Below are positions 1-12,334 of a stretch of DNA of 64,000 nt, piece by piece. Source of the stretch: Vicugna vicugna (lineage: Eukaryota). Every line of letters starts with the position of its first letter. The stretch's first letter is position 1. The notes below the pieces were generated by a model. That model did not search any database and had not been told where the DNA came from. It worked only from the letters and a program-made list of their open reading frames with translations. The position numbers and the translations under genes were made by a program. The DNA lies in contig MU057984.1 in the NCBI GenBank assembly GCA_013265495.1, positions 124,001 through 188,000 of the forward strand. Direction: 5' to 3'.

Positions 1-339
1 ATGTATGTTTCAACAATCTGTTTTCTCTACAAGGAGGCTGGATAGAACTCAAAACTTCCCCAGGCTTCTCATAGTCCCCTCTTAACCCTCTCCTTCCCAT
101 GGTAAATATCCTGTTGTTTTGTAGGAACTATGCTTCGCTGTGTGGTTGGTTGGCTCATTGGGGATAAGACCCCTGATTGGTGTACCCCAACATCAGGAAC
201 AGGATCTAGACACTCCTCTCTTTAACCAACTTCTCAGTTTACACCACTGCCTCTGCCCTTTGCTTGCTACTCCTTCAGTGTTTGTTTTTCACAGTCATAT
301 CTATGGTCCTCTTCTCTTACTCAATATTTTGTCTTAACA

Positions 340-497
340 TGTGATCATTAGAAACACCTAAACACATGTTAAAATGTAGATTCCTGCATTTAGCCCCAAA
401 TAATGAATCAGAATGAAGGAGAGTCAACCTTGTAACTGCATTTTTAGCAATCAACTCTGATAGTTCTAATGTATATCAGCGTTTGAGAACCACTGCT
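340..497. mobile_element. MER5A-like hAT-Charlie MITE remnant
   Basis: 'ttaaaatgtagattcctg...gaatcagaat...gtttgagaaccactgc' resembles the MER5A consensus. Confidence 0.6.
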
Positions 498-1011
498 TTT
501 ACAAGTTTTCTCTAAACATTATCATGCTTTGCTTTTGACTCATACCAATAAGGCAAAAAAATTATATCAGAATCAAACCCATATTCTAAGTTCCATATGA
601 ATATATCCACCTGCTAAATGGGCCACTTCAATATAAATGTCCTTTATTTACCTAAAAGTAGTCCATCCAAATGTGAACCCATCTTCTCCTTACATACGTG
701 GAAGACTCCAACTCCATCAACATCCCGGTCAAATGTAATGTTTTCTGTGAAGCCTTTTCTTACTCCCCAGCCAGGTTGCCACCTTCCCCTTTCTACGACA
801 AGGTCTCAATCACAGCACTTTCCATATGGTCTGGAAACTACCTGCTTACACCTGTGTTCCCCACCAGTCATGGACCACTTGCAGAAAAGGTCTGGTCAGT
901 GCTCCTTTGTTTTCATTTCTCTAGGTTGAGTACAGAATGTAGCTTGGAGTAGTACACAGCATCTGTTTGTTAAGTAAGGGCATAAACAAAGGAGTGAAAT
1001 GATAGATACTT

Positions 1012-2557
1012 GAGTTTTCATTTTTTCCAGATATACATCCAGGAGTGGGACTGTTGGATCATATGGTACCTCTATTTTTAGTTTTCTTAAGGAACTTCCA
1101 TACTATTTTCCATAGTGGCTGCACCAATTTACATTTCCATCAATAATGTAGGAGGGTTTCCTTTTCTCCACACCCTCTCCAGCATGTATTATTTGTAGAC
1201 TTTTTGATGATAGCCATTCTATCAGGTGTGAGGTGATATCTCATTGTGGCTTTGGTTTGCATTTCTCTAATAATTAGCAAAGTTGAGCATCTTTTCATGT
1301 GTCTGCTGGCCAGATGGATGTCTTCTTTGGAAAAATGTCTATTTAGGTCTTCTTTCCATTTTTTGACTGGGTTTTTTTTTTTCTTTTGATTTTGAATTGT
1401 ATGAGCTGTTTGTTTATTTTGGATATTAAGCCCTTGTCAGTCTCATCATTTGCAAATATTTTCTCCCATTCTGTAGGTTGTCTTTTCATTTTATTGATGG
1501 TTTCCTTTGCTGTGCAAAAGCTTTTAAGTTTGATTAGGTTCCATTTGTTTATTTTTGCTTTTATTTCTTTTGCCTTGGGAGAGTGACCTAAGAAAACATT
1601 GCTACCATTTATGTCAGAGAATGTTTTGCCTATGTTCTCTCCTAGGAGTTTTATGGTGTCATGTCTTGTATCTAGGTCTTTAAACCATTTTGAGTTTATT
1701 TTTGTATATGGTGTGAGAGAGTTTTCCCAACACCACTTACTGAAGAAACTATCTTCTCTCCATTGTATATTCTTGCCTCCTTTATTGTAGGTTAATTGAC
1801 TGTAGGTGTGTGGGTTTATTTCTGGGCTCTCCATTCTATTCCATTGATCTGTGTGTCTGTTTTTGTGCCAACACCACACTGTTTTCATTACTGTAGCTTT
1901 GTAGTATAGTCTGAAGTCTGGAAGGGTTATATATCTCCAGCTTTGTTCTTTTTCCCTAGGATTTCTTTGGTAATCCTGGGCCTTTTGTTGTTTCATTTAC
2001 ATTTTAGGATTATTTATTGTAGTTCTGTGAAAAATGTCATGGGTATTTTGATATAGATTCCATAAAATCTATAGATTGCTTTGGGTAGTGTGGCCATTTT
2101 AACAATATTAATTCTTCCAATCTAAGAGCATGGGATATTGTTCCATTTCTTTGAATCATTTTCAATTTCATTTATCAATGTTTTATAGTTTTCAGTGTAT
2201 AGTTTTTCATCTTCTTTTAAGTTTATTCCTAGGTATTTTAATTTTTTTGTGCAATTTTAAATGGGATTTTTTTTTTAACTTTCTTGTCCTGATATTTCAG
2301 CATTAGGGTAAAGAAACATTAACAGATTTCTGTATATTAATATTGTATCCTGCTACCATGCTGAATTCATTTATTAGTTCTAATTATTTTTGTGTGAAGA
2401 CTTCAGGGTTCTCTATATAGAGTATCATGTCATTTGCAAATAGTGACAATTTTACCTCCTCCATTCCAACTTGGATACCTTTTATTTCTTTTTCTTGTCT
2501 AACTTCTATGGATAGGGCGTCCAATACTATGTTGAATAGAAGTGATGAGAGTGGGGA
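1012..2557 (-). mobile_element. LINE-1 fragment (ORF2 C-terminal region), truncated at both ends
   Basis: ORF 1343..1996 gives L1 ORF2 motifs ([64 protein letters not shown]). Has frameshifts and an apparent short internal deletion near 1720. Confidence 0.95.
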
Positions 2558-3466
2558 TACCCCTCTTTGATTTTAAGAGCCATTGATATTCACAAGTGCT
2601 AGACTAAGAAATGGTCTAAAGTATACAATGCAATAGTCTCCTCACCCTAAATCCTTTCCCAACACCTTTTGATTCTTAAAATTTTATTCACTATTCAGTT
2701 TTGTCTCTTTTAGTTGCTCCCACTCCATTTGCATTTGGACAAATAATAGTTTGCACTGACATTTCCAATTATAGATACCTCTTCCAAAGAAGGTACCATC
2801 TAGGATAAAATCTGAAATCTGACAATCTAGCATCACAATTTTAAGTATTTTTGAAATATTCACAACATGAAACAGTTAATGGCACGTCTTCCAGTATCTC
2901 ATCTTTACTCCCTTCTCTGACCGAGAAAAGTCAAATCCAAATGCACTCCATTCTGGATGCCTTAATTTCAATTATTGGAGCATTTCAGATAGGAATGCAA
3001 ATGTGACTCTCACAAGGCTCAATATAAAGAGGTTTGGATTATTTCAATGTTACACATTACCATAAACACTAAAATATAAACACAATTAGATCTCTAAGTA
3101 CGTCCATGTCTAATGCAATTTTACTTTCTTAAGACTTTGGAGAGGTTTTATGAAGGCTTTGTCAGAAACATATTCAGAGACTGACACCTCCCCCACCTCC
3201 AACAGTACAGCAGAGGAAAGGACAGACAAATGATGTAAGATTCTATACTCAAACATCTTCAGAGAGCTTTTAAAGGTTTACAGAATTTTACCTCTTGTCC
3301 TTTCCAGGGATGGCGAATCTGGGGTATCTGGGCCTCTATTCTCCTCTACTTCAATCACTGCAAACAAGACTAATTGATCCCATAAACATGTTCCCAGAAT
3401 TCTACTGAATATCGTGTGAAGAAATTATGATCAATCCACTGACAGTGGTTCATTCTTGCCCTAGCA

Positions 3467-3785
3467 CAGGGGTTGCTAAACCTTTTCTATAAAGCACCAG
3501 AGAGCAAATATTTTAAGCATTGCAACTATGTGGTTTCTGTCCACTTAACTTCACTGTTATAGCACAAAAGCTACAAACAATACAGAAAGAAATGACTGTG
3601 GCTGTGCTCCCATAAAACTTTACTTATGGACAGTGAAATTTAAATTTTATGTGATTTTCTTACATTACTCAATATACTTCTATTGATTTTTTTCAACCAT
3701 TTAAAAATATAAAAATCATTATTTGCTAGCAGGCTGCATAAACACAGGTGGTAGACTAGATTTAGCTAAAGTTTGCCAACTCTTG
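3467..3785. mobile_element. MER58B-like hAT-Charlie non-autonomous DNA transposon
   Basis: Termini caggggttgctaaac ... gtttgccaactcttg, internal 'ggctgtgctcccataaaacttta', and CTAG-centred flanks ccctagca/tcctagta. Confidence 0.8.
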
Positions 3786-4311
3786 TTCCTAGTACAATTC
3801 TTTCATTTTGCACACAAGGAAATAGGGCACAAAAAGGCAAGTGATTTCCTTAAAATCACATGAGTGATTTGTGGCAGAGCCAGTCATTTTGTGTCAAACT
3901 GTCGTAAAGACAGTCCATATTGGCTGTTTATTATTCTAGTTCCCCTCAATGATAAGATCCAAGCACCTACTCTCCTTTAAGAATATAAACTTTCTCCTGG
4001 ATCATTTTGAAATATATCTTTATTATTAGAAGATTCAGTATGGACTATATACACTTATATGCATGGATTTGTAAGCTGAAATCATCTTTTAGTTTTACTA
4101 CAAATGTACTCCTGTACTTTAATAGTGAATGAATCCCAATATTTGCAGCCAGTTCATTTTATAACACATACATAACTCAGAAGTTAGTTAAAACATACTC
4201 AGAGAATACATTTAGTCAGCATTTAAAAAAGAAAATATAGAAGGCATATTATACTTGAAATTATAGTATTCCTCAGAAATATTCCAAAAGATGAAATAAG
4301 AATTATGAAAA

Positions 4312-4720
4312 AAAAAAGACAAATGAACTTATATATAAAACAGAAACAGACTCACAGACAGAGAAAACAAACTTATGGTTACCAGGGGAGAAGAGGGTGG
4401 GAAGTGATAAATTGGGAGTTCGAGATTTGCAGATACTGACTGGTATATATAAAATAGATAAACAAGTTTATACTGTGTAGCACAGGGAACTATATTTGAT
4501 ATGTTATAGTAGCTTACAGTGAAAAAGAATATGAAAATGAATATATGTATATTCATGTATGACTAAAGCAAAGTGCTGTACACCAGAAATTGACACAAAA
4601 TAGTAGCTTGAAAAAGAATATGAAAATGAATATATGTATATTCATGTATGACTAAAGCAAAGTGCTGTACACCAGAAATTGACACAACACTGTAAACTGA
4701 CTATACTTCAATAAAAAGAA
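4312..4720 (+). mobile_element. Lineage-specific L1 3' end (5'-truncated) with internal 78-bp duplication
   Basis: 'aaacagactcacagac...aaacttatggttaccagggg...gctgtacaccagaaattgacaca...aataaaaa'. TSD-like aagaattatgaaaa (4298-4311) / aagaatcacgaaaa (4721-4734). Confidence 0.88.
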
Positions 4721-4782
4721 AAGAATCACGAAAATATATTCAACTTTACGTAAGACCAAGAAATACTTTGGAAAAAACTTTT

Positions 4783-4788
4783 TTTATT
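4783..4788 (-). promoter_or_regulatory. Candidate polyadenylation signal AATAAA overlapping the CFAP47 stop codon
   Basis: Minus strand reads AAG AAA TAA AAA AAG TTTTTTCCAAAGTATTTCTTGGTCTT, with U/GU-rich sequence downstream. Confidence 0.55.
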
Positions 4789-4996
4789 TCTTCTTCAACA
4801 TCAAAGGAGCACCCTTGATGGTAGAAGATACCCCCGTCCTTATGAGTTGAGAATTTTCATAGATAAAATTGCGCCGATGAACTGGCTTTCTGTCAAACAT
4901 CTTGTTAGTACTGTCAATTTTGGCTTTTACATTTACTGGTGGTATGGTAGCTGGAGGTAACCCATTGATATCATATAACCAGTACATATCTGCTGT
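4784..4996 (-). CDS. CFAP47: CFAP47 terminal coding exon (213 nt incl. TAA): TADMYWLYDINGLPPATIPPVNVKAKIDSTNKMFDRKPVHRRNFIYENSQLIRTGVSSTIKGAPLMLKKK*
   Basis: Acceptor tctctttgtttccag|ACA GCA, phase 0 matching the preceding donor. LIRTGVSSTIKGAPL matches the recalled CFAP47 C-terminus. Confidence 0.92.
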   Translation of the reverse strand, partial: TADMYWLYDINGLPPATIPPVNVKAKIDSTNKMFDRKPVHRRNFIYENSQLIRTGVSSTIKGAPLMLKKK

Positions 4997-6924
4997 CTGG
5001 AAACAAAGAGAAGAAATTTTATATGCAATATCCAAGGACAGAGAAAAATGCAGGAAAAAGTTAACCAAATTAACACTTTCCTTCTCCATGTAAGGTATGG
5101 GAAAGGTACAAAACTGTAACTGCACTGGTAATAAATAACACGGCAAATAAATTCAGGAAAAGCATTTGGCTTTATGCATTAAGAATCCTTCACTAAAAGG
5201 CCTTTTACACTTAGAGGTCTGCCCTGTGGGTGAACTAAGTATATCCATCTGATCTAAAGGGAAGGAATCTATTTGGTTTGCATGAAACTGTTTCCCAGTT
5301 TGAACTATACATAATGGAAATCACATCTCACAAGATGAACTTTTCCATGGGAATTTAACTGTGGCTATAGAACTGACCTGTAAATATGCCAAGCTTCTGT
5401 TTTTTAGATTATGAAAGTACATAATTAATATAACTCTTTGAAATTACTGAGCATGGTATAAAATCATTAATGACAATCATACTCTAAATTCAACTCAGTA
5501 TAATTTATATAGGGATTTATTTTAAAACCCTTCATTCCTTCTGCATGTATGGACAGGATGGCAATATTGAATTAGGCAGTTTAGCATTTTCTGCACATTT
5601 ATGCTCATACTTAAATCTCATTGCTTTTATGGAGTTTCCTGATGCTACTTGTGTTTACCTAGGCCTTCTTCCTCACATAAGAGTTGTACAGTGTATGTTC
5701 AGAAAACTATTCAGGACAAGTGCAGGCCAAGTGCATATTGCAGTAATATCAGTGTTTGATATGTAATGTGGTATGTGTCAAAGGCTGTGAAATGCAGGAG
5801 TTTCTTGCACATCTGGAATGGCCTATTTTAATCATAACTGGCCCTTCTATCCAGCATTCATAGTAATTAAGTATTCAGAATTACTGAGTCAAAAGCAGAA
5901 CAAACCTAGAAATATACTTTTTAACCAAGAAAACTGCATATTTAAAACCAGATATTAAAAAGCATAATTAAAAACTATACATTTAACCAAGAACTGGGTT
6001 AAATACCATTTGAATTCATGTAAGGATATTCAGTTTGAAAAACAAAGCTACATTTTGGTGATTGTGCATATGACATTGTAAATTTTTACACTATAAGTGA
6101 CTCACTTCATGGGGACAAATGCACGAGGGGACCTGTACCCATGCTCGACACTTAGTACGTCCACAGAAGTGAGCTATATGAAGGGATGTACTCTCCTATC
6201 TGGAATCTAGTGGGTACAAATGAGAACTACATGTAGGGATCTGGACCTGTGCTCAATACATTTCTACAACATTCTGAAAATAATTACCCATAAAGACACT
6301 ATTTTTAAAGTTCTAAATGTTATTGTACATATTTCAACTAAGATTCAAATGCAGATTTTAAATTTAAATCTAAAATCTGAACTTAGATTCAAATAAGTGA
6401 TGGTGCATGTGTATGTGTGTGTATGTATAAAATATATATAATCCAAATACAAATATATTTATAAGAAGTTGTTCATGTCCTTTATCCCAACAATCTTCAT
6501 GCTAATAAGAACATCTTTATTTTATAAAGATTAAATATTACAGTTATTATATCTATAGTTAGCTGTCTTCAAACTGCGAATTAAAAGTTACTCATTTCTG
6601 TTTTTGAAAACATTTAAAGATATAGCTCTATTATCTTCTGTACTCAATCTCCCTTTGAAAATATATATAAAAAAGCAAAAGTTAATAGAAGAAAAAAATC
6701 AATACTTCTGTGTTGCTAAAGCCTCAAAGAATCACTGTCTTGATTCTTACAAAAGAATGCCAAATTGACAATTATACTCAACTATTTATTTAAATGAATT
6801 TAAAAAATACTTTTTAAATAGATGAACTTTTCATATTTAAGTAATATCTCTCTAGTTTTAAAAGAGATCAACCAAAGCTATGTTGTAAGGGGCACGTTCT
6901 TATCAATGGAAACAACTGCTTATC

Positions 6925-7380
6925 CATTAGCAGATGTGCTTTCTGCCAACTCACACCCTTCAGCTGTTTCCATTTCATTGCTGCCCCAACTTCCAATTGC
7001 CAGTATCTGCACCTCTTTGACTTGAAGTTTTCAAACACTCCAGAAGGCTACTGTGCTGCCAGGGAATTAACAATCCCTGGAACATTCCTCAGTCAATGAT
7101 TGAACAGTGGCAGTTGGTGTATAAACATTTAACTCCCTAGTCCCCTCAGGTGTGAATATTCTAAGGTGTGGGTTACACACTATGTCCCAGAGAACTCCCA
7201 TGGGATTAAATTCCAGTTGTCCACTCTAGTAACTGCCTAGATATCTATTACTATCTATTCCTGCTCTGTCTCATATCCTGGCTTCCCTTCAGCTGGTTCT
7301 TGAGATCACATGGTAAATATGCTACCTAGACTTAAATACTTATTTCAGAATCTGCTTATGAGGAAATACAAACCAAGATA
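6925..7380 (+). mobile_element. LTR16-like (ERVL) solo LTR remnant
   Basis: 'cagttggtgtataaa...gggattaaattccagttgtccac' and 3' end 'tctgcttatgaggaaatacaaaccaagata' resemble LTR16. Confidence 0.6.
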
Positions 7381-7814
7381 TATATATTCTGACATTTCCC
7401 ACAATTTCACAACAATGATAAATTTCCTTTAAAAGCAATGCATTTACATACGTAATATTCATGTCTAGTTATGTCTGTAGTTATAACAGGTCCCTCTCTA
7501 TATAAAATATAAGTTTTGTACAAGCATTATTATGTTTTATCTTGGGTAATTCTGATAGTTATCACACTTTTATAGAAATTATTTAAGAGTCATCATGTCC
7601 AACACGGAAAGTTGAGTAGACTGTTCACTCTCCTTGAGTAGCACTGCTTTCTATCACAATCTGACCAAGCTAACTGAAGTCTCTCAAAGCTAGAGCTAAC
7701 ATCATACACACAAAAATGGAATCAACTAAAATCTTGACCATCAGAAACTATACAGGTCACATATCTACCTGCATGTCAAAGGCCTATCTTCAATAGCTAC
7801 ATTGAAAGGAAAAT

Positions 7815-8140
7815 AAAGGGAAAGAGGGGGAACCTTTAGATTAATAGAGATTTTAAAAAGTTATAAAATTTTAAAAAGAATTTTAAACTTATATTAGACA
7901 GGGATGCACTCTTGGGTGATAAAACCATAAACAAACCCAAGAGAAATGTTGAGATAGTGGTCACTTTTGGCAGGAGGAAGGCAGCTTTGATTGGATGGGA
8001 CACTTCGATAGGCTTCTATGGTGGCTGGTAAAATTCTCTGATGTGAGTGGTGTTGTATATATGTGTTAAGATACACATTTATTTTTAGTGGTTTTCTTTT
8101 CTGTATTTTGTTTTACAACAAAAACTTTAAAGTAAAAAAA
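7815..8140 (+). mobile_element. Old L1 (L1ME/MC-like) 3' remnant
   Basis: 'gatagtggtcacttttgg...ggcttctatggtggctggtaaaattct...tgtattttgttttacaacaaaaa'. Confidence 0.55.
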
Positions 8141-8500
8141 AAGCTAGTGCTATATGCCTTGTTTAATAGTGTGGAAAAGGCAGTGTTTAATCATTCTAAA
8201 TATGGTTTAATTGAGAGGAAACTTATGAAGCTTGCTGACATGGTTGTTGAAGTTTGTGTACGCTAGTATTTAACTAAACTTTTCTAAAAAATCTTTATTT
8301 CCAAGTAAAGCACAACGAAGATCATAGGTTTCATACGTTACAACTATTACTGACTTGATGTTTCAAACTAAAAGTTTAAAAAAAGATGATAATAATGAAA
8401 ACAATAATTTTTATTTAGATAATGAATTAAATTTAAAAATTCCTCACATTTATCATGTGAGACATCATGGTGTTGCCTTTACAAGCACGGTTGTGGAGTC

Positions 8501-9850
8501 TTTTCAGCAAACGGTGTTGGGAAAACTGGACAGCAGCATGTAAATCAATGAAGCTATTAACACTCCCTTACACCATACACAAAAATAAACTCAAAATGAA
8601 TCAAAGACTTAAACATAAGACAAGATACAATAAACCTCCTAGAAGAAAATATAGGCAAAACATTATCTGACATACATCTCAAAAATGTTCTCCTAGGGCA
8701 GTCTGCCCAAGCAATAGAAATAAAAGCAAGAATAAACAAATGGGACCTAATGAAACTTACAAGCTTCTGCACAGCAAAGGAAACCAGAAGTAAAACAAGA
8801 AGACAACCTACGGAATGGGAGAAAAGTTTTGCAAATGAAACCGACAAAGGCTTGATCTCCAGAATATATAAGCAGCTCATACGACTCAATAAGAAATAAA
8901 TAAACAACCCAATCCAAAAATGGGCAGAAGACCTAAACAAGCAATTCTCCAAGGAAGACATACAAATGATCAACAGGCACATGAAAAAATGCTCAATATC
9001 ACTAATTATCAGAGAAATGCAAATCAAAACTACAATGAGGTATCACCTCACACCAGTCAGAATGGCCGTCATTCAAAAATCCACAAATGACAAATGCTGG
9101 AGAGGCTGTGGAGAAAGGGGAACCCTCCTACACTGCTGGTGGGAATGCAGTTTGGTGCAGCCACTATGGAAAACAGTGTGGAGATTCCTCAAAAGACTAG
9201 GAATAGACTTACCATATGACCCAGGAATCCCGCTCCTGGGCATAAATCCAGAAGAAACCCTACTTCAAAATGACACCTGCACCCCAATGTTCATAGCAGC
9301 CCTATTTACAATAGCCAAGACATGGAAACAGCCTAAATGTCCAACAGATCACTGGATAAAGAAGTAGTGATATATTTATACAATGGAATACTATTCAGCC
9401 ATAAAAACCGACAACATAACGCCATTTGCAGTAACATGGATGCTCCTGGAGAATGCCATACTAAATGAAGCAAGCCAGAAAGAAAGAAAAATGCCATATG
9501 AGATTGCTCATATGCGAAATCTAAAATAAATACATACATACATACATACATACATACAAACAAAACAGAAACAGACTCATCAACATAGAATACAAACCTG
9601 TGGTTGCCAAGGGGACGGGGGGTGGGAAGGGACAGACTGGGATTTCAAAATGTAGAATAGATAAACAAGGTTGTACTGTGCAGCACAGGGAAATATATAC
9701 AGGATCTTGTGGTGGCTCACAGAGAAAGAGAACGTGACAATGAATGTATGTATGTTCATGTATAACTGAAAAATTGTCCTCTACACTGGAATTTGATACA
9801 ACATTGTAAAATGACTATAACTAAATAAAAAAAAAAGTTAAAAAAAAAAG
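8501..9850 (+). mobile_element. Young 5'-truncated L1 (ORF2 C-terminus, 3' UTR, A-tail) with TSD
   Basis: ORF 8966..9367 ([19 protein letters not shown]...[19 protein letters not shown]) is the L1 ORF2 Cys-rich domain. (TACA)n in the 3' UTR. TSD agcacggttgtggagtc (8484-8500) / agcagggttgtggaatc (9851-9867). Confidence 0.96.
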
Positions 9851-9949
9851 AGCAGGGTTGTGGAATCAGATAAGACAGTGACCATGATTTCAAAATCACT
9901 GATTTGATATATGCAATAATTTTTATGAATCCCAAGGGCCTTATAGTTA

Positions 9950-10760
9950 GCATAAAAAGCCAACCTCAAAAGGTTACATGATCCCATTTATATAATACTC
10001 TAGGAAGTTCAAAATCATAGGGATGGAGAAAAGATTACTGGTTGCCAGGGTGAGAGAGGAGTTATGGTGTTGGACGTGACTAGAAAGGGTTAGCATGACA
10101 TGCTTCCTCTGCTGTGACAGAAGCGATCTCTATCTCAGTTGTGTTTGCAGCTATACATATCTAGACGTGGATTCAAAATGCCAAGAACCAGACACAGACA
10201 CAGACACACACACACAGACACACACACACACATACGCATGCATGTAAAAAATGCAAAACAAACCAAAAAGGAATAAGGTCTCTAGCCTAGTTAACAGTAT
10301 TTTATCAAAGACAATTTCTTTGTTTTGATATTCTACTACAGCTATGTAAGATGTCACCACTGGGAGAAGCTGGGAGAAGGATTCAAAGGACTCTATGTAG
10401 TTTTTATAAGTCTATATAAAATATTTAATTTATTTAAATTTAAAAGTATGAGATTCATGAGTCAGTTGAAAATTTCAACACAAAAAGAGTATCCGATATG
10501 TACTGATACTAAGGAATTCCTGTTAATTTTTGGATATGATAATGGTATTATGGTTAAGATTTTTGTCTTTTAGAGATTAATACAAAATATTTGCAGATAA
10601 TAGGATGTATGGGATTTTCTTCAAAATAATATGGGAAGGGAGGAAGGGGGTGGGAACATACTTGAAGCAGGACTGGTCTTGAGTTGATAAGTGTTCATGT
10701 GGGATGGTGAGTGCATGTAGATTATTCTGTTTCTACACATATTTGTAAGTCTCCACAGAA
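9950..10760 (+). mobile_element. Old L1MC/ME-like 3' fragments containing a (CA)n/(CAGACA)n microsatellite (~10188-10232)
   Basis: 'ctcaaaaggttacatgatcccatttatataa...gatggagaaaagattactggttgccaggg' and 'gataatggtattatggtta'. Confidence 0.65.
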
Positions 10761-11720
10761 TCAACAAAGCAGTGATTTCTTAAAACACATTTCAAACTCA
10801 ATTCTTCCCACATATGCTATATCAAACTATACCACTTCAGATTAAATGAAAATGTTATATTCTCATTCGGTCCCATATACTAAGTTATTCTCTCACAGAA
10901 ACCCTTCAGGTCTGCTATCAGTGATTTAACTGCCAAATCTGCATGGGGAAATCAGAAACAGAATTTTGTTGGTAAAACCTCCTAAGCAGTTAATTTCAAA
11001 AATGTTCGCTGCATGCTATAAGCTGAATATAATTGTATTTATAAATCTACTTTTTAAAATATCGTTTCAACCTCTTAGAGTAAAATTATGTCATTATTTT
11101 TAAAGAAGCAAGTACAACAACGTGATTATCTTAAATCAAGAATTAACACAGGACAGGCCTGTGTGCAGCAAGGCTCCAGAGGTTTTATATTTTTATTACC
11201 TGGTTTGTAAGGACTCTCAGAAAGATGAAAAATATAAATAATTTGCTCAAGCAATAATCAACATTTTCCTCTTCTCTATTCATTAAAACAGTGACAACAC
11301 ATTTCTTCTGCCAATGGTGCTGCCTAATTAGTGTCTGATTCAGAAGTCTAGTGATCAGTGTGGCATCAGTAGTTGTGTCTTGAAACATGACTACCAGTCC
11401 TTTCTGCCTGTGCTACTGAAAATAGTGGCAATAGGCATCTTTTCAGAAATAACTTGGAAGTAGTCTTTAGCCTAGAAGTTCTTAGCAGATATGTGGGAAA
11501 TTTTATGGAGAAATTTTGCTTACTGGATACATTTTCAGAATTCTATTTACCTTAACTTTTAATAAATGGTAACTTTAACATTATTTTACATTAATTGCCC
11601 ATTTCACATTGTGTTTTTTCAATTCAAAGTAAATTTTATCTTCTATTTAATTTTCTTCATTTTAGACTTTAACATTTTGACAACACCTTATGCCTTCCTT
11701 AATCAAAGGTTCCAATATTT

Positions 11721-11807
11721 ATTTTTTTTAATTTTTTTTAGGGGGGAGGTAATTAGGTTTACTTATTTATTTATTTTTAGAAAAGGTACTAGGGATTGAA
11801 GCCAGGA
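11721..11807 (-). mobile_element. 5'-truncated tRNA-derived (camelid-type) SINE with 16-bp TSD
   Basis: 'ggggggaggtaattaggtttacttatttattt...ggtactagggattgaagccagg'. Perfect TSD aaaggttccaatattt at 11705-11720 and 11808-11823. Confidence 0.9.
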
Positions 11808-12165
11808 AAAGGTTCCAATATTTCTACCTTTAATCAACTAAACTCTTCGAATAGGTTATTATGGAAAATAACATGCAACTACACAAATCACTTTACAGTC
11901 ATTATTTACCTTTTCCATAATTGGAAGAAAATAATTTGTTACTTTTCACTGGTGATGACTTTTTTTGGTTATATTTCACATTTAAACGTTCTTTATTGGA
12001 CAAAAGGAAACTAAAACAAGACAGAGAAGTTGAAATATGCTGACTTTTGCAAGATAATGTTGCTATTCTTTATCTGTGATCATTAGTTGAAACCTTTTCT
12101 CCCAATGTCACTTAGTGACTTTTGTGACATCAAACATCCTTTACTATTACCTTTATAGAACTCAC

Positions 12166-12334
12166 CTCAATTACTAACTTTGCTTTGTACTTCCTGCTGT
12201 ACATTTGGGGTTTAAAAGCCACAATGATGAGAGTTCCTTCAGTGTCATAAGGAAGAAGTTCTCCAATCTGCGGTTTTACATAAAACTCAGGATCACTGCC
12301 AGGTAGGAAGTATGCAGTAAATGGCTCAGGATTT
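12166..12334 (-). CDS. CFAP47: CFAP47 penultimate exon (169 nt, phase 2 to 0): NPEPFTAYFLPGSDPEFYVKPQIGELLPYDTEGTLIIVAFKPQMYSRKYKAKLVIE
   Basis: Acceptor attttgttccag|A AAT CCT and donor ATT GAG|gtgagt. Lies within ORF 12130..12360. Confidence 0.92.

Noticed and set aside
1343..1996. 217-aa ORF, the longest in the track
   Set aside because: It is an L1 ORF2 remnant with frameshifted ends, not a host gene.
4507..4687. Repeat-spacer or CRISPR-like array
   Set aside because: Only two copies, inside a mammalian L1, with no spacers or cas genes.
4997..5146. N-terminal 50 aa of ORF 4784..5146
   Set aside because: It is intronic read-through upstream of the splice acceptor at 4997-4998.
5918..6010. 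Repeated tttaaccaagaa motifs
   Set aside because: Short, degenerate and AT-rich; could be chance or minor slippage.
8557..9027. 156-aa minus-strand ORF
   Set aside because: It is the antisense reading of a young L1 ORF2 3' end, a common artefact.
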